A DNA stretch of 58,054 nucleotides from a virus (taxonomy: Duplodnaviria; Caudoviricetes), in IMG/VR virus record IMGVR_UViG_3300036851_000122, positions 1-58,054 of that record, one strand, 5' to 3'. The first letter of the stretch is position 1; each line of letters opens with the position of its first letter. The position numbers and the translations under genes were made by a program. The notes under the pieces are model-generated. The model made no database searches. It was given only the letters and a program-made list of their open reading frames with translations, and was not told the origin of the DNA. This document shows positions 27,301 through 37,696 of this stretch, piece after piece.

Positions 27301-27774
27301 ATGGGCTGTGACATACATATTCACCTTGAGCGGAAAGTAAAGTATAAGTGGGTCCACCTTCACGAGCTCGAAGAGCCACTGAAGTGGCGGAGCTATGATT
27401 ATTTTGGTGTGTTGGCTGGAGTTCGCAACTATGCGGCTAACCCGCCAATCTGCGAACCAAGAGGTCTCCCGCCAGATGTCTCGGAAGGTGTACAGCAGGA
27501 AGCCGACAATTGGGATTGTGACGGACATACCCATTCCTGGTTCCTGGTAAGCGAACTGCTAGCATTTGACTGGAACAAACCAGTGGAGGATAGAAGGGTA
27601 ACGCGACAGATTTCTCCGAATTACACAGATGGAGGATGTACCTGTGAGCCGGGTGAGGGTCGGATGACTACCTATAGGGAAATGTTTGGGGTCAGCAGAC
27701 TGGCAGCTCTGCAAGAGTTGTCAGAAGCAAACCCTGGTCAAAAGTTGCGTTTGGTTTTCTGGTTTGATAGTTAA
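27301..27774 (+). CDS. Conserved-type phage protein (MGCDIH N-terminus)
   Basis: MGCDIH, R.Y..F..LAGVRN, RGLP.D, H.HSW, RLVFWFD. Confidence 0.75.
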   Translation: MGCDIHIHLERKVKYKWVHLHELEEPLKWRSYDYFGVLAGVRNYAANPPICEPRGLPPDVSEGVQQEADNWDCDGHTHSWFLVSELLAFDWNKPVEDRRVTRQISPNYTDGGCTCEPGEGRMTTYREMFGVSRLAALQELSEANPGQKLRLVFWFDS

Positions 27775-27815
27775 CCCGTGCCCCACGCTTTCTGTGGGAG
27801 AAAGGAGAAAGTGCT

Positions 27816-28022
27816 ATGTACGTGGACCCAAATTTTCAGACGAAGAAGGCTTTCAAAGAAGCAGTGGCTCGTGGGGATATGGTGGAATTCTTCCAGCCAG
27901 GGTTAGGCCCGCCTGCTCCAAAGGATGGAAAGATTTTAGTAGAAGGCCCGCACTATCCGAAGCCGCACAGTTGGTATGCGAGCGTAGAGCTGCGTGGCGG
28001 GAAGGTTGCCAAAATTTCCTGA
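27816..28022 (+). CDS. Small conserved-type phage protein
   Basis: AAGGAG RBS; NF.TKK..KEA, EGPHYPKPH.WYA. Confidence 0.7.
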   Translation: MYVDPNFQTKKAFKEAVARGDMVEFFQPGLGPPAPKDGKILVEGPHYPKPHSWYASVELRGGKVAKIS

Positions 28023-28053
28023 GCCGCCTATAATACAAGCGTCCCCCTTGTGG

Positions 28054-28096
28054 CCCCCTCTGGTAGAATGGTCTGCCAGCAGGGGGTTTTCTTTTT
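28054..28096 (+). terminator. Intrinsic terminator of the rightward operon
   Basis: CCCCCT-CTGGTAGA/TCTGCCAG-AGGGGG followed by TTTTCTTTTT. Confidence 0.8.
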
Positions 28097-28562
28097 GGCA
28101 GGGTGCTAGGAATGGGGTTGGCGTTTATTAGTTTACCGCTCAGTAGGGTGTATTCCCACAGAAGAATATAAGCCACCTAGCATAGTTGGCGTTTATTGCC
28201 ATAAGGCATTCAACCTTCGGAGGTTGCCACCAACTAGGTGCCAGTGCTTCCTGTTAAGCTGGGTAAGCTAGGCAAAAGCGTAAACTGGGCAAGTTGGGGT
28301 GTATGCCCGTAAAGCCCCACAATAGGGCCTAGCGGGCAGCCGAGCGGCTAAGGGTGCTGGGTGCCAGCTAGGGGCGGCGAGGGCTGCCAAGCTGCGGCTA
28401 GGCGTGCTGGCTAAGGCGGCTGCTAGGCTGGCCGAGCAGCGTGGGCGCGGGTTAATTGCCAGTAGCGGGCTGGGGTTTACGTATCCCGCGAGCGTTCAAC
28501 CGCCAGCCGGACCAGGGATGGCAGCGGGTCGGTTCAATCGAGCTGGAAGGCGAGGCCGGTGG

Positions 28563-28877
28563 TTAGGGCGGCGAGTAGTCGGGGCATGTCGCACAGCACG
28601 CCAACCCGTCCAGCTTCTTGCCAAGCGTGCAGTCGCCATAGATGGTGCAGCCAAAGATCTTGATTCGCTGCTTGCCGGCACAGGTGTCACAAACCTGCTG
28701 GCGAACTTCGGGGCCGAGGTGAACGCAGGTGGCGGGCGGCTTCACGACAGTCGGCGGAGGTTCCAGCTCCACGCCCCCAAACGACACCAGCCGGCGGCAG
28801 ATGCACGTATAGGGGCACTCGCTTTCGAGTAGCCGAACGCGAAAGCCGCAGCCGGGGCAGCGGATGACTCGTTTCAT
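28563..28877 (-). CDS. Cys-rich small protein at the end of the tail operon
   Basis: Multiple CxxC pairs; start overlaps the upstream stop. Confidence 0.55.
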   Translation of the reverse strand: MKRVIRCPGCGFRVRLLESECPYTCICRRLVSFGGVELEPPPTVVKPPATCVHLGPEVRQQVCDTCAGKQRIKIFGCTIYGDCTLGKKLDGLACCATCPDYSPP

Positions 28878-30319
28878 GGGCTGCCAACACTGACAGTTGT
28901 GCTTGTGAAATCCAGCTCTGCATGTCCTGAATCAGAGATATAGGCGAGCGAAACATCGCCACCGCTCCAGCTAAGACAGTCTCCGTCCCAATCCGCCTGG
29001 AACCAGGCATTGCCGTTAATGAAGGTTACCGTCGAGCCGCAGGATGTGAAATCCAAATCCCCCCATGCATACGGCGGCGATGCTCCGCCGTTGACTGTGT
29101 GATCTAGCATCGTGGTGATGTTTCGGACTGTCACTTGAGCAACAATCTTAAAACCTGTCCCGCCTGATAGCTTAACCAGCCAGATAGTGGAAAGAATTTC
29201 CAAAGGGACAGTGTGCCAAGTAAGGGCGGAGCAGCTCATATCCGACAGGGAAGGACTGCATGGAGTGTTGAAACACCCATTAAACGATAGTGGGCGTTCG
29301 CCTTGGTTGTAGATCATTCCTTGCGTTACAACCCTGTCACTGAATCCCCTTGAGTAACTAACAGCATCGCCGTTGTAATTATTCGGGGACAGATTGGTCA
29401 CAGCCCCGCAACTCGCGAATGGAATTATGTAGGTTCCATCTAGAGCAGGGACATCCCACGTACGATCGTCAACGCCATTACTCCCAGCTTCTACGTCATA
29501 GATGTCACCTGCACCAAACGCACTGCAATTTACGACGGCAACACTCTTCCAGCGTGTGTTGTCAGTAAATCCCTCCAGCAGATTCGCGACTGATATTTTA
29601 ATGTTGGGCAGCGCTTTGTTGGGTCGTGTAGCGTCCGAATTGGTACAAGGCCCTGTGCATGGTTGCAGAACATCGCAGTTTGCACAGGCCAACGAGCCGC
29701 CGAGTCGCGATAGCTCAGCATCATCGAAATAGGCATTTGTACTGACACCGATAGTTTCAAAGCCCACCTTCGTTCCGCCGTTTAGTGTAACGCTGTAATC
29801 CCATGAACTTTCAATGACCCCATCGGGATCAACAGAAGCGACAATCTCACCCTCCGTTACGTTGACGCACACCGACACTACGTTGTCATCGCGTCGGTCG
29901 AAGCCAGGGATAGGTGTTGCCACGTTTAAGGCTGTCGGCGTCCCGGCAGACATAGAGAATAGCTGGATCGTTGCCGATGCAAGTGCGGTCGCCGTGAACT
30001 CTAGGTAGTGGTATGTGTCGTCGCTTGCGTCATCGACCCAGTCAACCTTGAATCGCACTGTCCCATTTGCGTTACCAAAGTTGAACGTGACTTTCCAACG
30101 ATAGCCGTCCGTTGATGTTGTTGGTACAGACTGAACCAAACGAATATCACCATCGGTCGGTGGTTTAAGATGAGAGCCGTTTGTAGGCCAAGCACCGTCT
30201 AGTTCCTCCCAATCAGCGCCAGGGCCAGCGGCCGTGCGTGTGAAGTTGTCAAGTTTAACGAGACAGGCAACAATCTCGCAGCCGCAGTTGGGACAGCGGA
30301 TAGCACGAGGGAAAGTCAT
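28874..30319 (-). CDS. Cys-rich tail tip/fibre-like protein
   Basis: Position after the distal tail genes; beta-rich, CPNCGC N-terminus. Confidence 0.55.
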   Translation of the reverse strand: MTFPRAIRCPNCGCEIVACLVKLDNFTRTAAGPGADWEELDGAWPTNGSHLKPPTDGDIRLVQSVPTTSTDGYRWKVTFNFGNANGTVRFKVDWVDDASDDTYHYLEFTATALASATIQLFSMSAGTPTALNVATPIPGFDRRDDNVVSVCVNVTEGEIVASVDPDGVIESSWDYSVTLNGGTKVGFETIGVSTNAYFDDAELSRLGGSLACANCDVLQPCTGPCTNSDATRPNKALPNIKISVANLLEGFTDNTRWKSVAVVNCSAFGAGDIYDVEAGSNGVDDRTWDVPALDGTYIIPFASCGAVTNLSPNNYNGDAVSYSRGFSDRVVTQGMIYNQGERPLSFNGCFNTPCSPSLSDMSCSALTWHTVPLEILSTIWLVKLSGGTGFKIVAQVTVRNITTMLDHTVNGGASPPYAWGDLDFTSCGSTVTFINGNAWFQADWDGDCLSWSGGDVSLAYISDSGHAELDFTSTTVSVGSP

Positions 30320-31015
30320 TTAAGCCACCGGGCACTTGAGGCCGGCTACGAGTGGGAGACCGTTGGGGAAAGCAACAGTAACAGGTTTCATGTTGTCGAT
30401 ATCTACTGACAGATTTGTACAGTCCTCGATAGTCTGGCCAGTTAACCCAGTTCCCAACGCCTTGCGGACTTTCACGGTTCCGGTTGTGGCGTCTTCTAGA
30501 ATATCACCGTCTGCTTCTCCATAGACCACAGCAGGGAACTGTTGAGTGGCACGAAGATAGACTGACCCGTCTTCGGTTAGGGTGCCACCGCTGGCTAGGA
30601 AGCCGGGACAGTCCTTGAACACTTTCCATTCACCGGCGTTTGGCCCCCACATTTGTCCAGGGAGCGGAGTGCCAGTAGCGTCGCGTAGTATCCAGTCAGC
30701 TTCGTAGAGATAAGTAGCCCATCCATACTTCTGGTCTTCTATCTCATGTAGAGCAACTAGGTAACGTAGCTGGAAGACTGCATCTGGCTTGTCGAACGAG
30801 CAGACCAAACCTTCTTTTGTTACTTCTTCTTCACCCAGAACCTTGAGGCAGCCTCCCTTTGGGGCTGTTTCACTAGCTTCGTTGAAGACGCGAATAATCT
30901 CGGCAGTGCGGGGGCGATTCTGTGGGAGAAAGAGGTTAAAGGGTTCATGACGATGGTAGAAATCACGCTTTAGCCCTTCAGCTACCCGGCGGTCTTTGAA
31001 TGCATAGGCGGGCAT
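30320..31015 (-). CDS. Putative tail protein
   Basis: Synteny after the TMP. Confidence 0.5.
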   Translation of the reverse strand: MPAYAFKDRRVAEGLKRDFYHRHEPFNLFLPQNRPRTAEIIRVFNEASETAPKGGCLKVLGEEEVTKEGLVCSFDKPDAVFQLRYLVALHEIEDQKYGWATYLYEADWILRDATGTPLPGQMWGPNAGEWKVFKDCPGFLASGGTLTEDGSVYLRATQQFPAVVYGEADGDILEDATTGTVKVRKALGTGLTGQTIEDCTNLSVDIDNMKPVTVAFPNGLPLVAGLKCPVA

Positions 31016-31990
31016 CTAAAACTCCAGGTTCAAGGGGCCGAAGTCGGTATAGGGGAACTCGTGAAACTTCAGGAATTGGGCATCAGCGTTTTCTTCAAGG
31101 AGTGTGCCACCAGCAAACAGTGGACCGTTTGGGTCACTAGTGTCAACTTTCAAATTGACGCGAGCGGGCTGTTTAGTTTTAGGGTCAATGTACATCTGAG
31201 GATCGTCGCCAGCTTCAGGGCGATACATAAACCCTTGGTGCAGGACTTCGACCATCCAGCCATCCTCTTGTGGTGTGGAGTCCACATCTGATGTCTGTGG
31301 ATCATCGTACTGACGGATTTTGAACTTGAGGCGGTAGATAACCTTCGCGTACACGTTCCCGTTCACAATAACTTCTTCATCTTCCATCTCGGCGAGCCAG
31401 GCACACCCGCGAGGGGCTCCCATGAAGGGGCCGGAGTTAGTGTGGTTCACGTAGTCAAGATACTTCTGGCCGTCGAGTGGGAACGGCTCGAACCTTTCTA
31501 TCTCAACCACGTAAATGGCTTGATGCTTCTCAGCCTGGATAGGCTCCCCTGCTTGCGTAACAACTGGAAGGCCGGTGCTAGCATCACGAGTTAGGGCTTC
31601 TTTCTCTTGCTCTACGTAGCGGCGACGCTTGGGCCGCATGTCAGTCGGGTCTTCTGTGTTGCCAGTGCCACCACCCTCACCGTCCCCACCTGGGTAGCGT
31701 GAATCATAAGATACTTCCACTTCCCACAAGGTGGCTAGAACGCCAGTAACTGGATGGCGTACCGTGTTCATCTCCTTGAACTTACGGCCTACAACGTGCG
31801 TGCCGTTCTTCTCGTCGTCGATCTGAGGAAGTTCATCAAAGTCACCAACGTCGTCTTCTGTATCGTCAATAGTGTCACTTAGTACATAGTGACAGTCCTG
31901 GAAAGTCTTTCGCTTGAGGTAGCCGGCTTCCTCCTGTTCCATCCGAATGTAGGCATTACGTTCCCCTTCTTTGGTACCGAGAAGAATCAT
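31016..31990 (-). CDS. Putative distal tail/baseplate hub protein
   Basis: First gene after the TMP. Confidence 0.5.
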   Translation of the reverse strand: MILLGTKEGERNAYIRMEQEEAGYLKRKTFQDCHYVLSDTIDDTEDDVGDFDELPQIDDEKNGTHVVGRKFKEMNTVRHPVTGVLATLWEVEVSYDSRYPGGDGEGGGTGNTEDPTDMRPKRRRYVEQEKEALTRDASTGLPVVTQAGEPIQAEKHQAIYVVEIERFEPFPLDGQKYLDYVNHTNSGPFMGAPRGCAWLAEMEDEEVIVNGNVYAKVIYRLKFKIRQYDDPQTSDVDSTPQEDGWMVEVLHQGFMYRPEAGDDPQMYIDPKTKQPARVNLKVDTSDPNGPLFAGGTLLEENADAQFLKFHEFPYTDFGPLNLEF

Positions 31991-31995
31991 TAGGG

Positions 31996-34173
31996 CTATA
32001 CTCCCACTAAGGCATTGCGAGTGTTGACTTCAATCATGGCCAGTTTCTCGTCCTGGTCCCCGGCGAGGGCTACTAGCTTCTCTAGCTCCTTGCCAAAGGC
32101 AGAGAACTTGTTCTCCTGGAACTGTTTGGCTGCTTCGGTGGAGTGACGTAAGGCGGCAGGGTTCCCGTGTGGGGCCACGCGACCAGTGTCCACTGCTTGG
32201 CCGGGTGTGATCAGGTTCTGAGCAGCTTTTAGGAGAGCATCGGCTTGGGTCTGAGCGTTGACTTCTGGGCTGGTAGCAAAGGGGCTGGGAGTTTCGGTAA
32301 GAAGCTGTCGGAAGATTTCGGCACCACCTTTTAGGGTTTCGAGCTCGGTCCTCAGCTTTTCCAGCTCTGCATTGCGAGCAGTACGGGCAGCCTCAGTAGC
32401 TGGATCGTGGGCCAGTTCCAGCAACGAGCCCTCCATCGTTTCTTTCAAAGATCGGACGTATTCTCGTTGCTGCTCAATCGCTCCTGGTCTGAACTTTCCA
32501 GCAGGTGCTTTTTCCATTTCGGCCAGCCATCCTTCAGCAATCATTAGAACGGCGTCTTGACCAACAGTCATGAAGCCAGCCTTGGGAGCCTTCTTCAAAT
32601 CTTCCCAGATGGTTAGTAGGGCATTAACACCTTCCTTCCAGATGACTGCCAGTTGAGCAAACATTAGCTTGGCAGCCTCTTCAATCTGACCTTGACCCAG
32701 ATACATAGCAATATCATTCATTACTGTTTGAAAACTCTTGCCTAGTTCTGTCACTTTGGATGCTGAGTTGGTGGCCATGTCCGCAAAGGCTTGGCGGACT
32801 TGTGGGAGAAGGGAAATGAGTAGTATAGCACCAGCGATGATGGCACCACCTGGGATAAAGAGTAGACCGATGAGTTGCAAAGGAACAATAGCCAGGAAGC
32901 TGAGTCCGCTGAGCATATGTAGGGACTGCCCTAGTAGGACCAGGGAGACTCCCAGTAACCCAATGCCGGCAACGGTAGCCACTGTCATGACTATCCATCC
33001 ACGGTGGGCGTTGATGAAGTCGCGGATGGAACCAAGGGTATGTTCGGTGTGGAGGCCGAGATTGCGGATAGCCAAGTCTAGAGATTCACCAATGGCAATG
33101 GCGACTGCTTCGGCTGCTGATTCGAGCAAGCGGAAGGTTCCGCCGATACCAGTTTCCATCTGGTCATGCGTACGTTTGGCTGTACCGGCTACGTCTGCCA
33201 GAACGGTGCGCATACGAGCGAGAGTGTCTACTGATTTGCCGAGACCCATTGCTGGAACAGTAGCACGAGTCTCGAACAGTTGGGTAAGCAGATCGCTGGC
33301 TTCGAGGTTGCCTACACCTTCCAGAGCCTTGGAGATGCCAACTAGCATCTCGAGCGGGTTTACGAGATTTCCGGCTGCATCGGTGAACTCAATAGTGTTT
33401 CCAGTGAGCTCCTGTAACTTCTTGTTGAAGTCCTCCCGCTCCTTTGCTTGAGAGACATAGAGGAGCATGTTGCGAAAGGCAGTGCCAGCAATGGAAGCAT
33501 CAACACCGAGCTCACGGATGCCTGCCAGCCCGGCGAGCAAGTCGGTTAGAGGGACGTTGAAGTTCTTGGCGATTGGAGCGGCGTACTGAAGTGCTGTGGA
33601 CATCTCCTCCAGCGAGAATTTGGAGTTGTTTACAGCAGCCGTTAGAAGGTCTGCTACATTGGCTGTCTCTGCTGTTTCTAAACGGTAGGCAGCCAGGACC
33701 TGAGTAACAGCATCCGTGGACTGGATGATATCCATGCCTAGGTCTTCACCTGTTCCTCCAGCACGAGCGAGGAGCATAATAGGTTCGACCATCTTGGCAA
33801 TATCACTGCGGCTCTTTCCAAACTGAGCCAAGCGAGCCATTAGCTGTCCAATGTGTGTGGCCGTGAAGGCCGTGGTAGCTCCTAATGTTTTGGCTTGCTC
33901 GCGGAGGTTCTGCATCTCTTCGGCAGTGCCTCTTGTACGAGCTTCAACAATCCGCATGGAGTCGTCGAACTTTGCATATACTCCTAGGGAAAGGCCAGCA
34001 GGGGTTAGAGCGGCTGCTGCTCGGAGGGCCATTGTGGTTCCGATCTGGGAGATCTCAGAACCGAACCTGCCAATGCGGTTGCGGATTTGGTTCAGAATCT
34101 TGGCAGTCATGTCAACTGCTTCGATGAGAACGAACGCCTTGCCTGCTTTGATTCCGTGTGTTGTGGCAGCCAT
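31996..34173 (-). CDS. Tail tape measure protein (TP901-type core)
   Basis: LGATTAFTA, ALQYAAP, AGTAFRN; helical with a hydrophobic segment. Confidence 0.92.
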   Translation of the reverse strand: MAATTHGIKAGKAFVLIEAVDMTAKILNQIRNRIGRFGSEISQIGTTMALRAAAALTPAGLSLGVYAKFDDSMRIVEARTRGTAEEMQNLREQAKTLGATTAFTATHIGQLMARLAQFGKSRSDIAKMVEPIMLLARAGGTGEDLGMDIIQSTDAVTQVLAAYRLETAETANVADLLTAAVNNSKFSLEEMSTALQYAAPIAKNFNVPLTDLLAGLAGIRELGVDASIAGTAFRNMLLYVSQAKEREDFNKKLQELTGNTIEFTDAAGNLVNPLEMLVGISKALEGVGNLEASDLLTQLFETRATVPAMGLGKSVDTLARMRTVLADVAGTAKRTHDQMETGIGGTFRLLESAAEAVAIAIGESLDLAIRNLGLHTEHTLGSIRDFINAHRGWIVMTVATVAGIGLLGVSLVLLGQSLHMLSGLSFLAIVPLQLIGLLFIPGGAIIAGAILLISLLPQVRQAFADMATNSASKVTELGKSFQTVMNDIAMYLGQGQIEEAAKLMFAQLAVIWKEGVNALLTIWEDLKKAPKAGFMTVGQDAVLMIAEGWLAEMEKAPAGKFRPGAIEQQREYVRSLKETMEGSLLELAHDPATEAARTARNAELEKLRTELETLKGGAEIFRQLLTETPSPFATSPEVNAQTQADALLKAAQNLITPGQAVDTGRVAPHGNPAALRHSTEAAKQFQENKFSAFGKELEKLVALAGDQDEKLAMIEVNTRNALVGV

Positions 34174-34379
34174 AGGTTTTGGATTTTATTAGCGATTGTA
34201 CCCGTTAGGGTCAAACGCTAGTGAGCGAAGCGAATGTAGCTGGAGACTTCTAGTCTCCAAACTGGGCAATAAGCCAAGGTAGCAGAACAGCTATAGTAAG
34301 TAGGAGAAGAATAGCAACCAGGACCAAGGCTGAAGGAATCCAGTCAGGGGGTGGGTCGCTCTTCTGTGGGGAAAGATGA

Positions 34380-35009
34380 TCAACCACGATAGCCCAGGCT
34401 GTTGAACCAGAGTTTAGGAAGGCGACGGCGGGCACGCATGAGAGCCGGCATCATAAAGGCCCGCTGGGGATAGTGGACCATAGCCGACTTGAACATGGTA
34501 GCCTTCTTTCCATAACGACCACTCTTGAGGCGACGTTGTCCTAATTGGGTGAATACTTTGCGGCGGGCTGTTCCACCATGTTCATGGAGACCTGGAACGG
34601 CTGGACCGATCTTTCGGTAGCCAACCATACCGACCATGACTCCAGTGCCTAGACGTATGGGCACTGAGAAGATTTGCTTAAAAGGCGGTGTGCGTCCTAT
34701 ATAGCGACCACGGCGAGTAGTCCTCCCTCTTCCGTATTTGTTGCTCGGAGTGTTGGCGTGAGAGTAGGGCGGCCTTCCTGGTGGGGATGTTGTCTTGTGG
34801 CTGCGACGTTTGATACTACCGCGAGCAATCCTCATGACGAGGTTGCCAGCGTGCATAAGAGGATCGCGGTTGAACTTGGGCCACCGAGTCTTGATTATAC
34901 TCCGGTCAAAGAACTGAATCTGTACTCGAGGCTTTATACGAAAAAGACTCCCGGCCCTAGCAGAGCCGGAAGTCAGTCTTGCTCCAGATAGTGAGCGAGC
35001 GATGTACAT
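34380..35009 (-). CDS. HK97 gp10-like/virion morphogenesis tail-completion protein
   Basis: S.PG.PP.SH, LHEHGG, YPQRAFM.PAL. Confidence 0.65.
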   Translation of the reverse strand: MYIARSLSGARLTSGSARAGSLFRIKPRVQIQFFDRSIIKTRWPKFNRDPLMHAGNLVMRIARGSIKRRSHKTTSPPGRPPYSHANTPSNKYGRGRTTRRGRYIGRTPPFKQIFSVPIRLGTGVMVGMVGYRKIGPAVPGLHEHGGTARRKVFTQLGQRRLKSGRYGKKATMFKSAMVHYPQRAFMMPALMRARRRLPKLWFNSLGYRG

Positions 35010-35033
35010 GGTTTGACCTTCAGGTCACACCTT

Positions 35034-35276
35034 CTACGTCCGATCGTCCAATGCAGACGCGATCTCGGCACCGCGAGCAGCTTGGTCTTCGGGAAGACCG
35101 GCCTCGACCAGCTTGGTCTTGACCTTCTTGGCTTCCGCAGTGAGCTCGCCGGACATTGCTACGGGTTTGCCGCCGTTGACCTTCGTCAGCATCTGACTGA
35201 GTAGTTCAATCAGTTGCATGATTTCGGGGGCCAAGTCTTTGAACTTGGTGAGGGCAGCAAGAAGTTTGAGCCACAT
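35034..35276 (-). CDS. Hypothetical protein
   Basis: GGAG RBS, ATG start. Confidence 0.55.
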   Translation of the reverse strand: MWLKLLAALTKFKDLAPEIMQLIELLSQMLTKVNGGKPVAMSGELTAEAKKVKTKLVEAGLPEDQAARGAEIASALDDRT

Positions 35277-35295
35277 GGTAACTGGTCTCCTGAAG

Positions 35296-35796
35296 CTAGT
35301 GTTTGGAAAGTGCAGCGGCGAGTAGCTTCAGCACGCCGATGTTCTTTGCAGTAACTTTCATGCCCTCGAGAGGGGTATCACGGTAGGGATGGAAGTAAGC
35401 TGCTGTTCTTGGCTTGACTTTGGACCTGCCTGTAATGTTGAGGACGATTACAGAGAGGTTATGTAGGGCAGCGTGGATTGTTGATGTGTGGTCCCACTCC
35501 TTGAGGACCATAGCATCGTGGCAGACGATCAAGTCGCGTAGGGTTACCCCTGGACGCCAGAGCTCGTTCAGTGGCCAGCCGGCAAGAGTTGCGAGGATTG
35601 CAACATTTCTCCAACTCGTTCGCCTTGGGTCTTCTTTAGCCTTTCCCGTATCTGGCTGACTGCCAGGTCCATGTCCTCGTTCAGCAGTGTCTCCAGCAGC
35701 GGTTCGGTCTCCAATACGCTTTGACTGATCTTGTTGCTCAAGTTCCGTAGCTGCCGGTCTAATGTAGATAAGACGGTCTTGAGCTCGGGGAAAAAA
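35296..35796 (-). CDS. Tail assembly chaperone GT extension (-1 frame)
   Basis: The -1 frame is open from slippery T TTT TTC (35790-35796) to the stop at 35296 and contains TLRDL. Confidence 0.7.
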   Translation of the reverse strand, partial: FFPRAQDRLIYIRPAATELEQQDQSKRIGDRTAAGDTAERGHGPGSQPDTGKAKEDPRRTSWRNVAILATLAGWPLNELWRPGVTLRDLIVCHDAMVLKEWDHTSTIHAALHNLSVIVLNITGRSKVKPRTAAYFHPYRDTPLEGMKVTAKNIGVLKLLAAALSKH

Positions 35797-36140
35797 TCTC
35801 CTATCGACTCCAGAAAGGCTTGCTGGCCGTCTAGCTTCGCCTTGGCGTTGATGCCACTAACGAATTCTAGCTCGGCAGCTTCTGGGTCGGTATCAGGGTC
35901 GATGGGAAAGGTGCCAGCTTTGTGCATCTCTTTTGCCTGGGGTTGCACGATCGCCCAGATGACAGCAAAGGTAAAGGGGGACTTCAGGACGATGTCCCGC
36001 AGCACTTCCTTTTTGAGGTCGAGGATAGAGAATGGTTCTTTGAAGTAGGCTTTGAAGTCAGAAGCGTCGATGCGTCGGCAGGTGAGCAGGTCGAGCTCTG
36101 TATCCCATTCTCGTCCTTTCTTATCTTTGAAGGTTTTCAT
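35568..36140 (-). CDS. Tail assembly chaperone G
   Basis: MKTFKD..GREW, DFF slippery codons, upstream of the TMP. Confidence 0.75.
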   Translation of the reverse strand: MKTFKDKKGREWDTELDLLTCRRIDASDFKAYFKEPFSILDLKKEVLRDIVLKSPFTFAVIWAIVQPQAKEMHKAGTFPIDPDTDPEAAELEFVSGINAKAKLDGQQAFLESIGDFFPELKTVLSTLDRQLRNLSNKISQSVLETEPLLETLLNEDMDLAVSQIRERLKKTQGERVGEMLQSSQLLPAGH

Positions 36141-36146
36141 TCTGGT

Positions 36147-36527
36147 CTAGTCTTTCTTGGTGGTCGGGTTTACCTGTTCTTTAACCGTGCCAATCTCTTC
36201 TTTGATCTTTTCTAGTTCCTCCTTTAATTCTGCGGTGTTCTTGACTCTCTGCTTAGCTGCTGCTTCTTCCAACTTCTTAATTTCGATTCTGGCTTTCTTG
36301 ACTTCGGCTCTGTGCCCGGTTAGCCCTATTGTGAGCAGAACTATCCAGAGCACCACAAGGAGGAAGGCTGCGGCAGTGCCAGCAGTAAGAATGACAATGA
36401 GTCCGCTTGTAACTCGGACTACCCACACGGGAACCCGAACCATCTTGATGTATGCGGGAGCTGTGCTTCCGTTTTTGTCAAGACTGTTCGGCTGATTCGT
36501 CGGTTGGTTTTCGCTTCCTCCTGCCAT
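36147..36527 (-). CDS. Membrane-anchored coiled-coil protein (holin/spanin-like candidate)
   Basis: Long hydrophobic helix followed by a charged coiled coil; AGGAG RBS. Confidence 0.45.
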   Translation of the reverse strand: MAGGSENQPTNQPNSLDKNGSTAPAYIKMVRVPVWVVRVTSGLIVILTAGTAAAFLLVVLWIVLLTIGLTGHRAEVKKARIEIKKLEEAAAKQRVKNTAELKEELEKIKEEIGTVKEQVNPTTKKD

Positions 36528-36993
36528 AGCCATTCTCCTGGTCTTCCTCGATTTCAGAGCCCCCATCGAATATAGGATCATATGTACCGCTACGCAGAGC
36601 TCTCTTCGCATTTTTGAGATGCGAGATAACGTCGCTGTTAATGCCAAGTTTACTCTGGTTCTCTGATACATAGGAATCGAAGGCTGCAACTAGCTCAATG
36701 GTAGCCTCATGGGTTGATCCATTTCTTCTGAATAGTGCAATAACCAATTTTGAGAGGCGTGAGACCCCTTTGGATACTTGCCTGTGACTGTCGATGCTTG
36801 CCTGGAACCATTTAGGAGCCCACTCTCTAAGAACGCTGACTGTGCTCATTGCTACCCACAGGAAGAGCAGTAGAACGCAGACCAGAAATACCGTTCCTAT
36901 TCCGTAAATGGCTCCGTGCTTGAGAAATTGCTCGACTGCTGTCTGTCCATTCATCTCGTTCTCCAACAACCGGGTATCCGACGAACTTAGCAA
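36478..36993 (-). CDS. Membrane protein (holin-like candidate)
   Basis: N-terminal TM segment YGIGTVFLVCVLLLFLW. Confidence 0.5.
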   Translation of the reverse strand: MLSSSDTRLLENEMNGQTAVEQFLKHGAIYGIGTVFLVCVLLLFLWVAMSTVSVLREWAPKWFQASIDSHRQVSKGVSRLSKLVIALFRRNGSTHEATIELVAAFDSYVSENQSKLGINSDVISHLKNAKRALRSGTYDPIFDGGSEIEEDQENGYGRRKRKPTDESAEQS

Positions 36994-37430
36994 CTACCTA
37001 GGCCAAACAAACCACGTCCCCCAGAACGACGGGCTGCTCGACGTTCGGCACCACGGGAGAAGAAACCTCTAAAGACTGAGCCGGAACCTCGTCCACGAAA
37101 GATACCACGCCTGGGAGCCTCATCACAAGTGAACTCAGCTTGTTGGTGCTTGTGAGCATACTGAACAGGAGCCTGGGTTGGCTGTGGCTTCTGTGGGGGA
37201 AGGTGATGTTCATGTACCTGGGCCGGCGATTGGGCTGGTGAAGGGGAAGCAGAGAAATCATCAGGATAGCTACGTTGTATGGGATAGCTTCCATCAGGTC
37301 GTACCTGGGTAGCTACAAAGAACTCCGCGTGAACGGCCGGGGCGGTACTGAACATTGAGGCTGAAATGTCCTGTCCACAGCATAGACCGCAGCACGCGAT
37401 AACCAACGAGATTGCAAGTAGATTCTTCAT
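36987..37430 (-). CDS. Signal-peptide protein
   Basis: MKNLLAISLVIACCG N-terminus; low-complexity tail. Confidence 0.55.
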   Translation of the reverse strand: MKNLLAISLVIACCGLCCGQDISASMFSTAPAVHAEFFVATQVRPDGSYPIQRSYPDDFSASPSPAQSPAQVHEHHLPPQKPQPTQAPVQYAHKHQQAEFTCDEAPRRGIFRGRGSGSVFRGFFSRGAERRAARRSGGRGLFGLGSC

Positions 37431-37483
37431 TGTTTTTCTTCCACAAGGGTAAGGTAACAGGAAACACTTGAACAGAGGTGTGG

Positions 37484-37687
37484 TTACTTCGCAAACAACG
37501 CGAGGATCATTAGGATGATCTCAATAATTGCTGCGAAGTCGAAACCGGCGGCCCCAGAGCTGTACTTCTGGTGCATGGTTTCCATGACGGCTTCAGAAGC
37601 CTCATCGTGATCCTTGCCAGAGGCACGAGCGGCTTTGTAGGCTTGGATGACTTCACGATTGAGACGGAGACGATCGATCAGACGCAT
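37484..37687 (-). CDS. Small protein with hydrophobic C-terminus
   Basis: GGAG RBS; DFAAIIEIILMILALF. Confidence 0.6.
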   Translation of the reverse strand: MRLIDRLRLNREVIQAYKAARASGKDHDEASEAVMETMHQKYSSGAAGFDFAAIIEIILMILALFAK

Positions 37688-37696
37688 GAAATACTC

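Noticed and set aside
35641-35647. Lambda-type GGGAAAG slippery site in the chaperone gene
   Set aside because: It is not in the X XXY YYZ register of the G frame; T TTT TTC upstream fits
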